Positions 1 to 9,064 of a stretch of DNA of 32,000 nucleotides are shown here, in pieces (positions within the stretch are counted from its first letter, which is position 1; each line of letters opens with the position of its first letter). The notes beneath the pieces are model-generated. The model was not told the DNA's origin, did not search any database, and saw only the letters and a list, made by a program, of their open reading frames with translations. Source of the stretch: an uncultured bacterium (GTDB lineage: Bacteria > Margulisbacteria > WOR-1 > CAVSGV01); contig OY969425.1 of the NCBI GenBank assembly GCA_963699255.1, forward strand, positions 1,140,001 through 1,172,000, written 5' to 3'. The translations under genes and the position numbers were made by a program.

Positions 1-1528
1 CCGCGTCCGACACTTTATCCAGTTCGGCTCCGGTGACAACTCTTCCGTCGCCGGATAAAATGCCGACCTCCCTCGCAATATATTTTGCGGTTTCAGGATG
101 GTCGCCCGTTACCATGATGGTCCTTACTCCTGCGCCAGCCGCCCTGGCTATCGTTTCCCTTACGCCATTCCTAGGTGAATCTTCAAAACTGATCAAACCG
201 CAGAATTTCATGCTCTGCTCCAATTTCTCCCAGTCCGCATGCACATCTTCGCCGGATAGTTCCCTGCGGCAGACAGCTATCACTCTTCGCCCAACAGAAG
301 TCTGTTTTTTGAGCTCCATCATGACAGCGTTCTTATCAACGTTTTCGCAATGATCGATGATCTTTTCCGGCGCTCCCTTCAGGTAAAGCGCGAATTTACC
401 CCCCTCTCCCCTGATGACCGAGTTGGTCTTCTTCTCATTGGTAAAATTGCGCTGCCGGACGATATTGAGATTCGATATTTTTCCCGCGGTCTCTTTCATC
501 AGCACCTCATCAAGAGTGCTTGTGGACAAAGGCGTGGTCGCCATTGTCGCGCAATCCAGGACTTCCCGGCGCGCATTTCCAGGATAAATTTCCTTGATAT
601 GCATTTTCCCTTCCGTGATCGTGCCCGTTTTGTCCGTTACAATGACGGTCGCATTCCCCAGGGTTTCGGCGGCCTTTATCCTTTTCACAAGAAAATTATG
701 TTTCGACAAAGTATAAGCCCCCAGCCCTAGTACCATTGTAATGACTATCGGCAGTTCCTCGGGGATCGTAGCGAAAGAAAGCGACAATCCGGTCAATATC
801 ATCGTCTTAAGGTCCTGACCCCTGAACCACCCTATTACCGGTATGATGATCGACATGAACGCCGCCACATAGACAAGTTTTCCCGCAAGGGATTTCATCT
901 CGAGCTGAAGCGGGGTTCTCGGCGCCCTCGCCTGCTTTGCGGCGGCGGCTATCTTGCCGAGTTTTGTGTTCTGCCCCGTGGAATATATTTTTGCCGTCCC
1001 CTCCCCTGAGGTAACAACCGTGCCGGCAAACACGGCGGCGCCGTTCATTTTTTCCTGCGGGAAAGACTCTCCAGTCAATGAAGATTCGTCGATCTGCATA
1101 TCTATCGATCTGAGGATATTGGCATCGGCGGGGATCTTCGTGCCCGGCGACAGAACGAGGATGTCCCCGGGAACGATGTCCTTTGAATCTACCGCGGTTA
1201 TCCTGCCGTCGCGCAAAACCTTTGCCTTCGGGGAAGCTATCTCCTCCAGCGCGGCTATCGCTTTTTTAGCCCTGAACTCGTTATACACCTCGGCAAAAAC
1301 AAGCAGTATTATTACCACAAATATCGTAATCGCGTCATCAAGCTTGCCCCAGATGCTGTAAACGATACCAACGAAGAACAGGAGAAGTATCATCGGCTCG
1401 GTGATCTCGTGTCCGGCGATGCCGAAGAAGCTTATCTTCTCCGGCTTGAAGATCTCGTTCGGGCCGAATTCCATTAATTTTATTTGAACCTCTGCTTCTG
1501 ATAAACCAATTTCTTCCATCTTATCCAT
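1..1528 (-). CDS. Cation-transporting P-type ATPase, N-terminal part (truncated by window edge)
   Basis: Minus-strand frame open from ATG at 1528 to the window edge, preceded by GAGGTG. Contains [46 protein letters not shown] and TGDHPETA motifs. Absent from the ORF track only because it runs off the edge. Confidence 0.93.
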   Translation of the reverse strand, partial: MDKMEEIGLSEAEVQIKLMEFGPNEIFKPEKISFFGIAGHEITEPMILLLFFVGIVYSIWGKLDDAITIFVVIILLVFAEVYNEFRAKKAIAALEEIASPKAKVLRDGRITAVDSKDIVPGDILVLSPGTKIPADANILRSIDMQIDESSLTGESFPQEKMNGAAVFAGTVVTSGEGTAKIYSTGQNTKLGKIAAAAKQARAPRTPLQLEMKSLAGKLVYVAAFMSIIIPVIGWFRGQDLKTMILTGLSLSFATIPEELPIVITMVLGLGAYTLSKHNFLVKRIKAAETLGNATVIVTDKTGTITEGKMHIKEIYPGNARREVLDCATMATTPLSTSTLDEVLMKETAGKISNLNIVRQRNFTNEKKTNSVIRGEGGKFALYLKGAPEKIIDHCENVDKNAVMMELKKQTSVGRRVIAVCRRELSGEDVHADWEKLEQSMKFCGLISFEDSPRNGVRETIARAAGAGVRTIMVTGDHPETAKYIAREVGILSGDGRVVTGAELDKVSDA

Positions 1529-1555
1529 ATTAATCACCTCGAAAATAATGTCAAA

Positions 1556-1632
1556 TGACCAATTATCAATGACAAATTAATTCCTAATTGGTCAATTACA
1601 AATTAGGAATTGAACATTGGTAATTTGTCATT
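1556..1632. repeat. Nested inverted-word repeat block between the two P-type ATPase genes
   Basis: Exact inverted pairs: 1556-1565/1585-1594 (TGACCAATTA/TAATTGGTCA), 1568-1579/1621-1632 (AATGACAAATTA/TAATTTGTCATT), 1579-1589/1601-1611 (AATTCCTAATT/AATTAGGAATT). Confidence 0.8.
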
Positions 1633-4180
1633 ATAATTTCATGGCTTTTTTAACTTCCATAAACCATAGAGGCAAACTTGAGAGAGCGAACAGATAAAAA
1701 AGTTCCCACCCGGAAAGAGGAACGGTATAAAAGATCTTCTGCAGCATCGGGACATATATTACCATGAGCTGCAGAAGCACCGTCAAGGCAACGGACAGGA
1801 CAAGGTACATGTTCGAAAATATCCCGACCTTGAACACCGAGGCGGTTTCCGATTTGCAGTTGAAGACGTGGTACATCTCAAGAAGCGCGAGGGCAGAAAA
1901 AGCGAGCGTCCTGCCCTTCGCTACGCTGTCTCTCATTCCTACCGTGAACAGGAACAACGAAACCGCGGCGATTATCAGCCCGATAAATACCATGGAAACT
2001 ATTATGTTCTTATTGATTATCCCTTCTTCTTTCCTTCGGGGAGGCTTCCTCATGACATCCCCTTCGATCGGCTCCGCCGAAAGCGCAAGCGCGGGAAGGC
2101 CATCGGTCACAAGGTTCACCCAGAGGATCTGGATGGGAAGCAGAGGAAGGGGGAAATTTAGCAGTATCGCGAAAAGCATTGTAAGTATCTCCCCGACGTT
2201 AGCCGACAGAAGATACCAGACGAATTTCCTGATGTTCTCGAATATCCCTCTCCCTTCCTTTACGGCGGCGACTATCGTCGCGAAATTGTCGTCCGAGAGT
2301 ACCATGTCCGACGCTTCCTTGGCCACATCCGTTCCGGTGATACCCATCGATATACCTATGTCAGCTTTCTTCAGCGCCGGGGCGTCATTAACGCCGTCCC
2401 CGGTAACAGCCACTACTTTCCCTGAAGACTGATATTCCTCAACGATGCTCAGCTTTTGCTCGGGAGATATCCTCGCGAAGACTTCTTCAATGCCAAGCTC
2501 CCTCGCGACCGCCATTGCCGTTAATCTGTGATCGCCCGTGATCATTACGGGCTCTATGCCGGCTTGCTTGCAGGAAGCCACGGCGTCCTTTACTTCCGGC
2601 CTCGGCAGGTCCATCATCCCAACAAGTCCAATAAAGGTCAGGGCTTTTTCCGCCTCATCAAGGTTCACCTTGCCTTTGATCGTCTTATACGCGACACCGA
2701 GAGTTCTAAGCCCGCTTGAGGTCAGCTTTTCATTCTCTTTCAGGATCTCCGCTCTGTCAGCGCCAATGCATAAATCCAATATTTCCTCCGGAGCGCCCTT
2801 TACATATACTATGTGTTCATCCGCATCGGCCCTATGGATCGTGGCCATCAATTTACGCTTTGAATCGAATGGTATTTCATCCACCCTGGGGAAACTGCTT
2901 TCAAGTTTTTGCCTCGTCATTCCCGTTTTGCCGGCCAGGACCATTAGTGCTCCCTCCGTGGGATCCCCTATGACATCATAAGTATTTGATCCATTAAAAT
3001 GCTCGATATAGGCATCGTTACACAAGACAGAAGCAAAAAGCAATCTCTTGATCTTTTCATTTTCAAGCGGCGAGATCTCGTTCTTTCCGTCATAGAATTT
3101 TCCGGCTGGTTCATACCCGACACCCGTTACCGAGATCGATCTTCCATCGGCATATATCCTGCTGACGGTCATCCTGTTCTGCGTCAATGTGCCGGTCTTA
3201 TCAGAACATATGACGGAGACGCTTCCGAGCGTTTCGACTGCCGGAAGTTTTCTGATGATAGCACCCCTCCTGGACATCCTGTACGCGCCCAGCGCCAGCG
3301 ATATCATCGTGACAGCCGGAAGCCCCTCCGGTATCGCCGCTACCGCAAGGCTGACCGCGGTTAAAAAGGCGTCAAAGACCGCGCCGCCCCTCAGCACCGA
3401 TGCCGCAAAAACGATAAAACACACACCCAGACATATGACCCCGAGCCACTTGCCAAAAACATTGAGCTGCTTCTGAAGAGGAGTCTTGATCTCGCCTTCT
3501 TCCTGTACCATTTCAGCGATCTTGCCGATCTGTGTGTTCATTCCCGTTCCGGTCACGATCGCCTCTCCCCTGCCGTAAACAACGGCCGTCCCCATAAATA
3601 CCATGTTCTTCATATCCGCGATAGCGGCATCGGGAGATCTTATCGCGTCAGTGGATTTTTCAACCGGAGTTGACTCGCCCGTAAGGGAGGATTCGTTCAC
3701 CCTGAGATTCACCGATTCGATCAATCGCGCGTCCGCCCCTACAAACCCTCCCGCCTCAAGAAAAATGATATCGCCCGGAACAAGCTCCCTGGAAGATACT
3801 CTCCTGACCAGTCCCGCCCTTTTCACCATAACGCGCGGCACTGTCAATTTCTTAAGGGCCGCGATAGCCTGCCCCGCCCTCTCTTCCTGGACCACACCCA
3901 GGACCGCGTTCAAAAAAACTATGGCTAAAATGACCGCCGCATCCTTCGCCTCGCCGAGAAAGAAAGAGATGATCGCCGCAATAACAAGGATGACAACAAT
4001 AAAGTCGGAAATTTGGGCGAGTAGCATGGAGATGATGCCGCGTTTTCGTTTTTCCCTTAATTCGTTATGGCCATAGACCTTAACTCTTGACGCGGCTTCT
4101 TCTTCGCTGATCCCCAGTTCAAAATTTGCCCCCAAATTCCTTGCGGCATCGATGGTTTTTAGTGTGTGCCAGTTTGACAT
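1631..4180 (-). CDS. Calcium-type (SERCA-like) P-type cation ATPase
   Basis: 849 aa; [65 protein letters not shown]; M5 NVGE and M6 NLVTD residues typical of Ca-type pumps. Confidence 0.95.
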   Translation of the reverse strand: MSNWHTLKTIDAARNLGANFELGISEEEAASRVKVYGHNELREKRKRGIISMLLAQISDFIVVILVIAAIISFFLGEAKDAAVILAIVFLNAVLGVVQEERAGQAIAALKKLTVPRVMVKRAGLVRRVSSRELVPGDIIFLEAGGFVGADARLIESVNLRVNESSLTGESTPVEKSTDAIRSPDAAIADMKNMVFMGTAVVYGRGEAIVTGTGMNTQIGKIAEMVQEEGEIKTPLQKQLNVFGKWLGVICLGVCFIVFAASVLRGGAVFDAFLTAVSLAVAAIPEGLPAVTMISLALGAYRMSRRGAIIRKLPAVETLGSVSVICSDKTGTLTQNRMTVSRIYADGRSISVTGVGYEPAGKFYDGKNEISPLENEKIKRLLFASVLCNDAYIEHFNGSNTYDVIGDPTEGALMVLAGKTGMTRQKLESSFPRVDEIPFDSKRKLMATIHRADADEHIVYVKGAPEEILDLCIGADRAEILKENEKLTSSGLRTLGVAYKTIKGKVNLDEAEKALTFIGLVGMMDLPRPEVKDAVASCKQAGIEPVMITGDHRLTAMAVARELGIEEVFARISPEQKLSIVEEYQSSGKVVAVTGDGVNDAPALKKADIGISMGITGTDVAKEASDMVLSDDNFATIVAAVKEGRGIFENIRKFVWYLLSANVGEILTMLFAILLNFPLPLLPIQILWVNLVTDGLPALALSAEPIEGDVMRKPPRRKEEGIINKNIIVSMVFIGLIIAAVSLFLFTVGMRDSVAKGRTLAFSALALLEMYHVFNCKSETASVFKVGIFSNMYLVLSVALTVLLQLMVIYVPMLQKIFYTVPLSGWELFYLFALSSLPLWFMEVKKAMKL

Positions 4181-4217
4181 TTACTTCCCCCTGGATCTAA
4201 GTTATTATAAAATCGTT

Positions 4218-4718
4218 ATGAAGAAAATACTAGCAATAACTTTTGTCATCGCCCTGATGCATACAGGCGCTTTAGCCGCGGACCTCGATATCGGGACACA
4301 CGCATCGGTCTATTATCCTCCTGATGGCGGAGGAAATACTATGATGGTTGGAATTGACGCGACATACCGGATGGACCCTTATTTCAGCGCGAGGGGCGAT
4401 CTGGACAATTCCAGCTATCAGTCAGCTGACCATAAATATTCACTAACTTCCATGGCGGTCACATTGATCGGCCATCTGCTGGGTGATTCCAATTTTGATC
4501 CTTACGTTGGCGCCGGACTTGGTTATTATGATAAGAAAATTGACGGGATAGCCGATTCATCTACCGGCCTGAATTCTCTCGCGGGAATTGCCGTTCATTT
4601 CAAAACATTTAGTGCGGGCATTGAAGTCCAGTATGTCATCCCGGATACAAGATATATGGAAACCGGTTTTTATTCTTTTGGCGGGAACATGACAGGCGGG
4701 CTACACATAGAAATGTAG
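4218..4718 (+). CDS. Predicted outer-membrane beta-barrel protein
   Basis: Signal peptide MKKILAITFVIALMHTGALAAD, then alternating aromatic/Gly-rich strands (YVGAGLGYYDKK...). ATG at 4218 is preferred over the ORF-track start at 4152. Confidence 0.65.
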   Translation: MKKILAITFVIALMHTGALAADLDIGTHASVYYPPDGGGNTMMVGIDATYRMDPYFSARGDLDNSSYQSADHKYSLTSMAVTLIGHLLGDSNFDPYVGAGLGYYDKKIDGIADSSTGLNSLAGIAVHFKTFSAGIEVQYVIPDTRYMETGFYSFGGNMTGGLHIEM

Positions 4719-4858
4719 GCTATGGAATAAGGATGAGTGGTGAGTTTAGATCGGGGTGTTGGGATTAGGATTAACACATTCCAATCCTCATTCTCGACTC
4801 ACGTCCCATTCCCAATCTCATTCTTTGGCACGAAAGACAATGTGTCAGGAACCAAGAC

Positions 4859-5716
4859 CTACTTGGGGGACGGCTCTATATGCGTTATTACTTCCTTGAC
4901 CCCGGGAATCGCCTTCTTTAGCTGTTCCTCGATCTGGTGTGAGAGCTTGTGCGACTTGTCTAAACGCATATCGGGGCTGACCCAGATGTGAAGATCAACA
5001 CATATATTATCCTGCCTGCCTCTTGTCCTGATATTATGGCAATTTGACACTTCACCAAATCCCATGACGATGTTCTTTATCTTTTCGGGAGGCACAACAG
5101 CGGCATCGGATAATACCCTTGAGGTCTCCCATAAGATCTCAAAAGCGGAAAATCCTATAAAGACCGCGATAAATACGGCCATTACCGTGTCGATTATCGG
5201 CATGCCGATCTTTACCGCAATGAGGGTCGCGATAACGGAACAAGAAACCATGATGTCGCTTCTGGTGTGTAAAGAATCCGAAACAAGGAAGTCGCTTTGA
5301 AGTCTCTTCCCCTCGCGATTTTCATAGATCATCACGAATATGTTTATGGCGACAGTAACGAACATTACGATAAAACTTCCCAGGTTCACATAAGGGGCGA
5401 CAGGATTGCTGAACCTCTGGACTGCGCCTCTGATTATGTCAAAGGCAAGGAACAGAAGGAGGCCGCCTGTGCCAAGCGCCGTAAGGGTCTCATATTTTTC
5501 ATGGCCATAGGGATGTGTCTTATCGACAGGCTTCGCGGCGATATAAAAGCCCACCAACCCGACGATATTATTCGTTCCGTCTGCAAAAGAATGGAACCCG
5601 TCCGCCGTCATGCTCGCGCTTCTTGTCAAAACGCCGTATATCAGCTTCGCCAGCGCGACCAGCCAGTTCAATATCAACGCATATATCAATACTTTACGGG
5701 CTTGCCTGTATTCCAA
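4859..5716 (-). CDS. Cation diffusion facilitator (CDF) family transporter
   Basis: 285 aa, TTG start; TADGFHSFADG and SDSLHTRSDIMVS (HxxxD-type) motifs and C-terminal DLHIWVSPDMRLDKSHKLSHQIE. Confidence 0.9.
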   Translation of the reverse strand: MEYRQARKVLIYALILNWLVALAKLIYGVLTRSASMTADGFHSFADGTNNIVGLVGFYIAAKPVDKTHPYGHEKYETLTALGTGGLLLFLAFDIIRGAVQRFSNPVAPYVNLGSFIVMFVTVAINIFVMIYENREGKRLQSDFLVSDSLHTRSDIMVSCSVIATLIAVKIGMPIIDTVMAVFIAVFIGFSAFEILWETSRVLSDAAVVPPEKIKNIVMGFGEVSNCHNIRTRGRQDNICVDLHIWVSPDMRLDKSHKLSHQIEEQLKKAIPGVKEVITHIEPSPK

Positions 5717-5717
5717 G

Positions 5718-5934
5718 CTACACCTTCTTCATTTCCAGAATGGCCTCTTCAGGGGACCTGCCTTCTCTTGCCGATTTTATCAAAGACAGAAAGATCTTTT
5801 TATCTTTTTCGGTCTTTCCGGCCAGGCTCTTGTCAATTTGGGCCAAAAAGTATACTTTCTCATCGCCCGTCAGCTTGTTGAAAGCTTCGAGGGAATTCCT
5901 TTATCTTATTTTCAGTTTTTGGCGTTTCTATCAT
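5718..5934 (-). pseudogene. Small acidic/basic ORF interrupted by an apparent 1-nt frameshift
   Basis: ATG at 5934 preceded by AAGGA; reads MIETPKTENKIKEF, then is joined after a 1-nt shift at the CCC run (5891-5893) to LEAFNKLTGDEKVYFLAQIDKSLAGKTEKDKKIFLSLIKSAREGRSPEEAILEMKKV*. The stop lies immediately upstream of the CDF start. Confidence 0.45.
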
Positions 5935-6017
5935 AAAAATCCTTACTTGTTATCATTTTATCACATAACTTTGGCTGTCATCAAGGCCAAGTTGACAACC
6001 TCACCCCCTGACAAGTA

Positions 6018-6094
6018 ATGAGTGTGAGTTTGAGTACAGAGTCTTGAGCAAAACAGAAACCAAAAACTCAGGACTAATTACTCACACTCACACT
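6018..6094. repeat. Inverted short-word repeat block upstream of the DUF1015 gene
   Basis: GAGTGTGAGT (6020-6029) and its reverse complement ACTCACACTC (6080-6089), plus further degenerate ACTCA-type words. Confidence 0.65.
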
Positions 6095-6130
6095 AAAGAC
6101 TGGAAGATCCACAAAAATTGACGTCTATGA

Positions 6131-6136
6131 TATAAT
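6131..6136 (+). promoter_or_regulatory. Extended -10 (TGA-TATAAT) 10 nt before the DUF1015 ATG
   Basis: Sequence ctatgaTATAATagcttcacttATG. Confidence 0.55.
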
Positions 6137-6146
6137 AGCTTCACTT

Positions 6147-7499
6147 ATGGCAAAAATATTCCCATTTAATGGGGTCACTTACAACAAGAAAAAAGTCGGG
6201 AATTTTTCAAAAGTGACCATACCACCCTACGACATAATATCAAAAGAGGATCAGGCAAGGTTTTACCAGCTCCATCCGTATAACTGCATAAGGCTGACCC
6301 TCGGAAAAGATTATCAGGGAGACACCGAATTCAACAACAAATATACAAGAGCCAACGGCTTTTTCAGGACCTGGCTTAATAACGAAATACTGAAGCAGGA
6401 TGAAGAAGAATCAATATACGCCTATGAACAGAGATTCAGCTATAAAGGCAAAAAATACGTCAGGCTCGGCTTTATAGCGCTGTTCAAGCTGGAGGAGCTG
6501 GAAGCCGGCCGTGTTTATCCGCACGAAAACACCCTGCCCAAACCAAAACTGGACAGGCTGTCCCTTCTCAAGGCGACGGCGGCGAATTTTGAGCCGATAT
6601 TCTCGATCTATCTAGATGAAGACGAAAAAATATCCAAAATGATCAAGAAATGCATAAAAAGAAAAACGATCGCTGAAGCGAAGGATATGTTCGGCATCCA
6701 TAACAGGCTCTGGAAGATTTCCGGCAAAGCGAACATAAATAAGATCACGAAGGAAATGATGAACAAACAGGTGTTCATTGCAGACGGGCATCACAGATAT
6801 GAAGCATCCCTTAAGTACAGGAATGAAATGAGGACAAAATCCCAGAAATCAACGGGCGACGAACCGTATAATTTCATTATGATGTATTTTGCCAATGCAT
6901 ACGATAAGGGACTTATAATCATGCCCATACACAGGCTTGTGTTGAACCTGAACCTGAAGGAAAAGATCAATCTTGAGAACAGGCTTGTTGATTACTTCGA
7001 CATTGAAGACATCAGGTTCGCAAAAAAAGATGAGCTGCCCGCAAGAAAAAAGCTAATAAGATGCATGTCAAAAGCCAAAGAAGGCGAGCATTTCTTCGGG
7101 ATGAGCCTACACGGAGAGAACAAATATTCCCTCCTGAAACTGAAGAATGAAAAGATAATCGAAAAATATATAAGCGCTGATAAGCCGAGGGAATGGAAAA
7201 AGCTGGATATAACAATACTCCATTCGCTTGTGATAAGAGACATACTGGGCATCACGGATAAAGATATCGAGGCGGAAAATGCCATCAGATACGTTCATAA
7301 TGATGATGAAGCTTTCACTCTGGTAGCCGAAGGCAAGTACCAGGTCGCTTTCTTCATGAATCCGACAAAGATAGAACAGGTAACGGCCTTAGCAAGCAAA
7401 TACGAAAAAATGCCCCAGAAGTCAACATTCTTCTTTCCGAAACTGCTGACAGGACTTGTGATGTATAAAATGTCCCACCTGGAAAGGATCATGTTCTAG
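6147..7499 (+). CDS. DUF1015 family protein
   Basis: 450 aa; PPYDIISKEDQARFYQLHPYNCIRL, RLGFIALFKLEE...VYPHENTLPKPKLDRLSLLKATAANFEPIFSIY, and IADGHHRYEASLKYRNE are characteristic. Confidence 0.88.
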   Translation: MAKIFPFNGVTYNKKKVGNFSKVTIPPYDIISKEDQARFYQLHPYNCIRLTLGKDYQGDTEFNNKYTRANGFFRTWLNNEILKQDEEESIYAYEQRFSYKGKKYVRLGFIALFKLEELEAGRVYPHENTLPKPKLDRLSLLKATAANFEPIFSIYLDEDEKISKMIKKCIKRKTIAEAKDMFGIHNRLWKISGKANINKITKEMMNKQVFIADGHHRYEASLKYRNEMRTKSQKSTGDEPYNFIMMYFANAYDKGLIIMPIHRLVLNLNLKEKINLENRLVDYFDIEDIRFAKKDELPARKKLIRCMSKAKEGEHFFGMSLHGENKYSLLKLKNEKIIEKYISADKPREWKKLDITILHSLVIRDILGITDKDIEAENAIRYVHNDDEAFTLVAEGKYQVAFFMNPTKIEQVTALASKYEKMPQKSTFFFPKLLTGLVMYKMSHLERIMF

Positions 7500-7501
7500 G
7501 T

Positions 7502-8029
7502 TCAGAATTTGTGCCCCAGGTTCAGGTCAAATTCGGCTATGGTCCCGCCATCCGCTATATTATTCAGGACTATTTTTGGCGTCAAAAAGAAATCGCCTAT
7601 ACGGAAGTTCGGGGCGATAGCCAGGTATGTGGCGCTCCCGTGCGTATCATCGTCTATTGAATATTGCGCTCCGGAGAAACTGTCATTGTAATCGACCGCT
7701 TTAGTGATGTAAAAGGAAGCCTTCCCGATGTGTATCGTTAAATAAAGGTCATCGGTAATGACATATTTAACGGCAAAGCCGTATTTCAATATATTTATGT
7801 TCTGTTCCATTTCGGCGTTGGTTACCTGCTGTTCAACCTCTCCCCCTAAATTAAATCCTCCAAACGGATAAAACATGTCAACGCCTATGCTCACCCCTGT
7901 GCCGGGACCGTTCACAAGTCCGAGATGAAAAGATGAGTCAAAGGGGACATTGGACCCGGAAAATACGGCGGCAGAAGCAGGAAGGCATGTGATCGTGAGG
8001 CATAAAAGAACAAGTATTTTTGTTTTCAT
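7502..8029 (-). CDS. Secreted/outer-membrane beta-barrel-like protein of unknown function
   Basis: Signal peptide MKTKILVLLCLTITCLPASAA; alternating strands; C-terminal ...FDLNLGHKF ends in Phe. ATG at 8029 preferred over TTG at 8041. Confidence 0.55.
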   Translation of the reverse strand: MKTKILVLLCLTITCLPASAAVFSGSNVPFDSSFHLGLVNGPGTGVSIGVDMFYPFGGFNLGGEVEQQVTNAEMEQNINILKYGFAVKYVITDDLYLTIHIGKASFYITKAVDYNDSFSGAQYSIDDDTHGSATYLAIAPNFRIGDFFLTPKIVLNNIADGGTIAEFDLNLGHKF

Positions 8030-8040
8030 AACGTTGAGCA

Positions 8041-8046
8041 ATTATA
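8041..8046 (-). promoter_or_regulatory. -10 TATAAT 11 nt before the start at 8029
   Basis: Minus strand gttaTATAATtgctcaacgttATG. Confidence 0.5.
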
Positions 8047-8093
8047 TAACTTTATTCCGGCCGGGTAAACTCCGCATTTATCGGGAATTCCGT

Positions 8094-8987
8094 TCACAAA
8101 ACATTTTTACCCGTTAATTTTCTATATGCCTCCAGATATTTATCCCTTGTTTTCATGACAACTTCCGGAGTAAGCGGCGGAGCAGGCGGATTTTTATCCC
8201 ACTTAATGGAGATCAGATAATCCCTGACGAACTGCTTGTCAAAGCTCTTTTGAGGCCCGCCTTCCCTGTAGCCGTCCTTCGGCCAGAAGCGTGAAGAATC
8301 AGGCGTCAAGATCTCATCTATGAGTATTATCTTTCCGCCCGCCTCGCCGAACTCGAATTTTGTATCCGCTATTATTATGCCCTTCGACTCGGCGTGCCTG
8401 CATGCGGCTTTATATATCTCGAGCGTCTTGGATTTTAATATATCCGCAAGCTTATCTCCCACGATCTTTCTCATCTCGGCCTCGGTAATGTTCATGTCAT
8501 GGCCGGACACGGCTTTTGTCGACGGCGTAAAAATAGGCTCGGGCAGCCTGGATGATTCCTTAAGCCCGGCCGGAAGCTTGATGCCCGAAACCGATCCCTT
8601 TTCCTTATACTCCGCCCATGCCGAGCCGGACAGGTATCCTCTCACGACGCATTCCATCTCGATCAGATTCGCCTTTTTCCCTATAACCGACCTCTTATCC
8701 AGTATGCCGGCATATTTCTGAAGTTCTTTCGGATACTTTTTCACGTCCGCGGTGACAACATGGTTATCGATGATATTTTTTGTGCGGTCGAACCAGAAAA
8801 GTGAGAGCATATTGAGTATCTTGCCCTTGTCCGGGATCGGCGTCGGGATAACGGAATCGAACGCGGAGATGCGATCCGTCGCGACTATCAAAAGCCTGTC
8901 GCCGAGGTCAAAAACATCGCGGACCTTGCCTCTTTTGAACAGAGGGATTCCCGGAAGGTCAACTTTAATAACGGGATTATTACTCAT
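8094..8987 (-). CDS. purC: Phosphoribosylaminoimidazole-succinocarboxamide synthase
   Basis: 297 aa; KRGKVRDVFDLGDRLLIVATDRISAFD, VVRGYLSGSAWAEY, IIADTKFEFG, LIDEILTPDSSRFWP, SFDKQFVRDYL. Confidence 0.96.
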   Translation of the reverse strand: MSNNPVIKVDLPGIPLFKRGKVRDVFDLGDRLLIVATDRISAFDSVIPTPIPDKGKILNMLSLFWFDRTKNIIDNHVVTADVKKYPKELQKYAGILDKRSVIGKKANLIEMECVVRGYLSGSAWAEYKEKGSVSGIKLPAGLKESSRLPEPIFTPSTKAVSGHDMNITEAEMRKIVGDKLADILKSKTLEIYKAACRHAESKGIIIADTKFEFGEAGGKIILIDEILTPDSSRFWPKDGYREGGPQKSFDKQFVRDYLISIKWDKNPPAPPLTPEVVMKTRDKYLEAYRKLTGKNVL

Positions 8988-8998
8988 CTAAAAGAAAT

Positions 8999-9004
8999 AT
9001 TATA
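8999..9004 (-). promoter_or_regulatory. -10 TATAAT 11 nt before purC ATG
   Basis: Minus strand ttctTATAATatttcttttagATG. Confidence 0.5.
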
Positions 9005-9064
9005 AGAATTCCCGAGGATATTCAAGAGGAATATTTTCGCATGAAATATTTTACTATTGAGTAA

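Noticed and set aside
1764-3476. Plus-strand ORFs of 60-222 aa antisense to the Ca-type ATPase
   Set aside because: They are shadows of a long conserved minus-strand gene; the translated products have no recognisable motifs.
5064-6018. Plus-strand ORFs 5064..5300, 5297..5881, 5515..6018, 5610..5936
   Set aside because: Antisense to the CDF transporter and the small minus-strand ORF; composition is typical of shadow frames.
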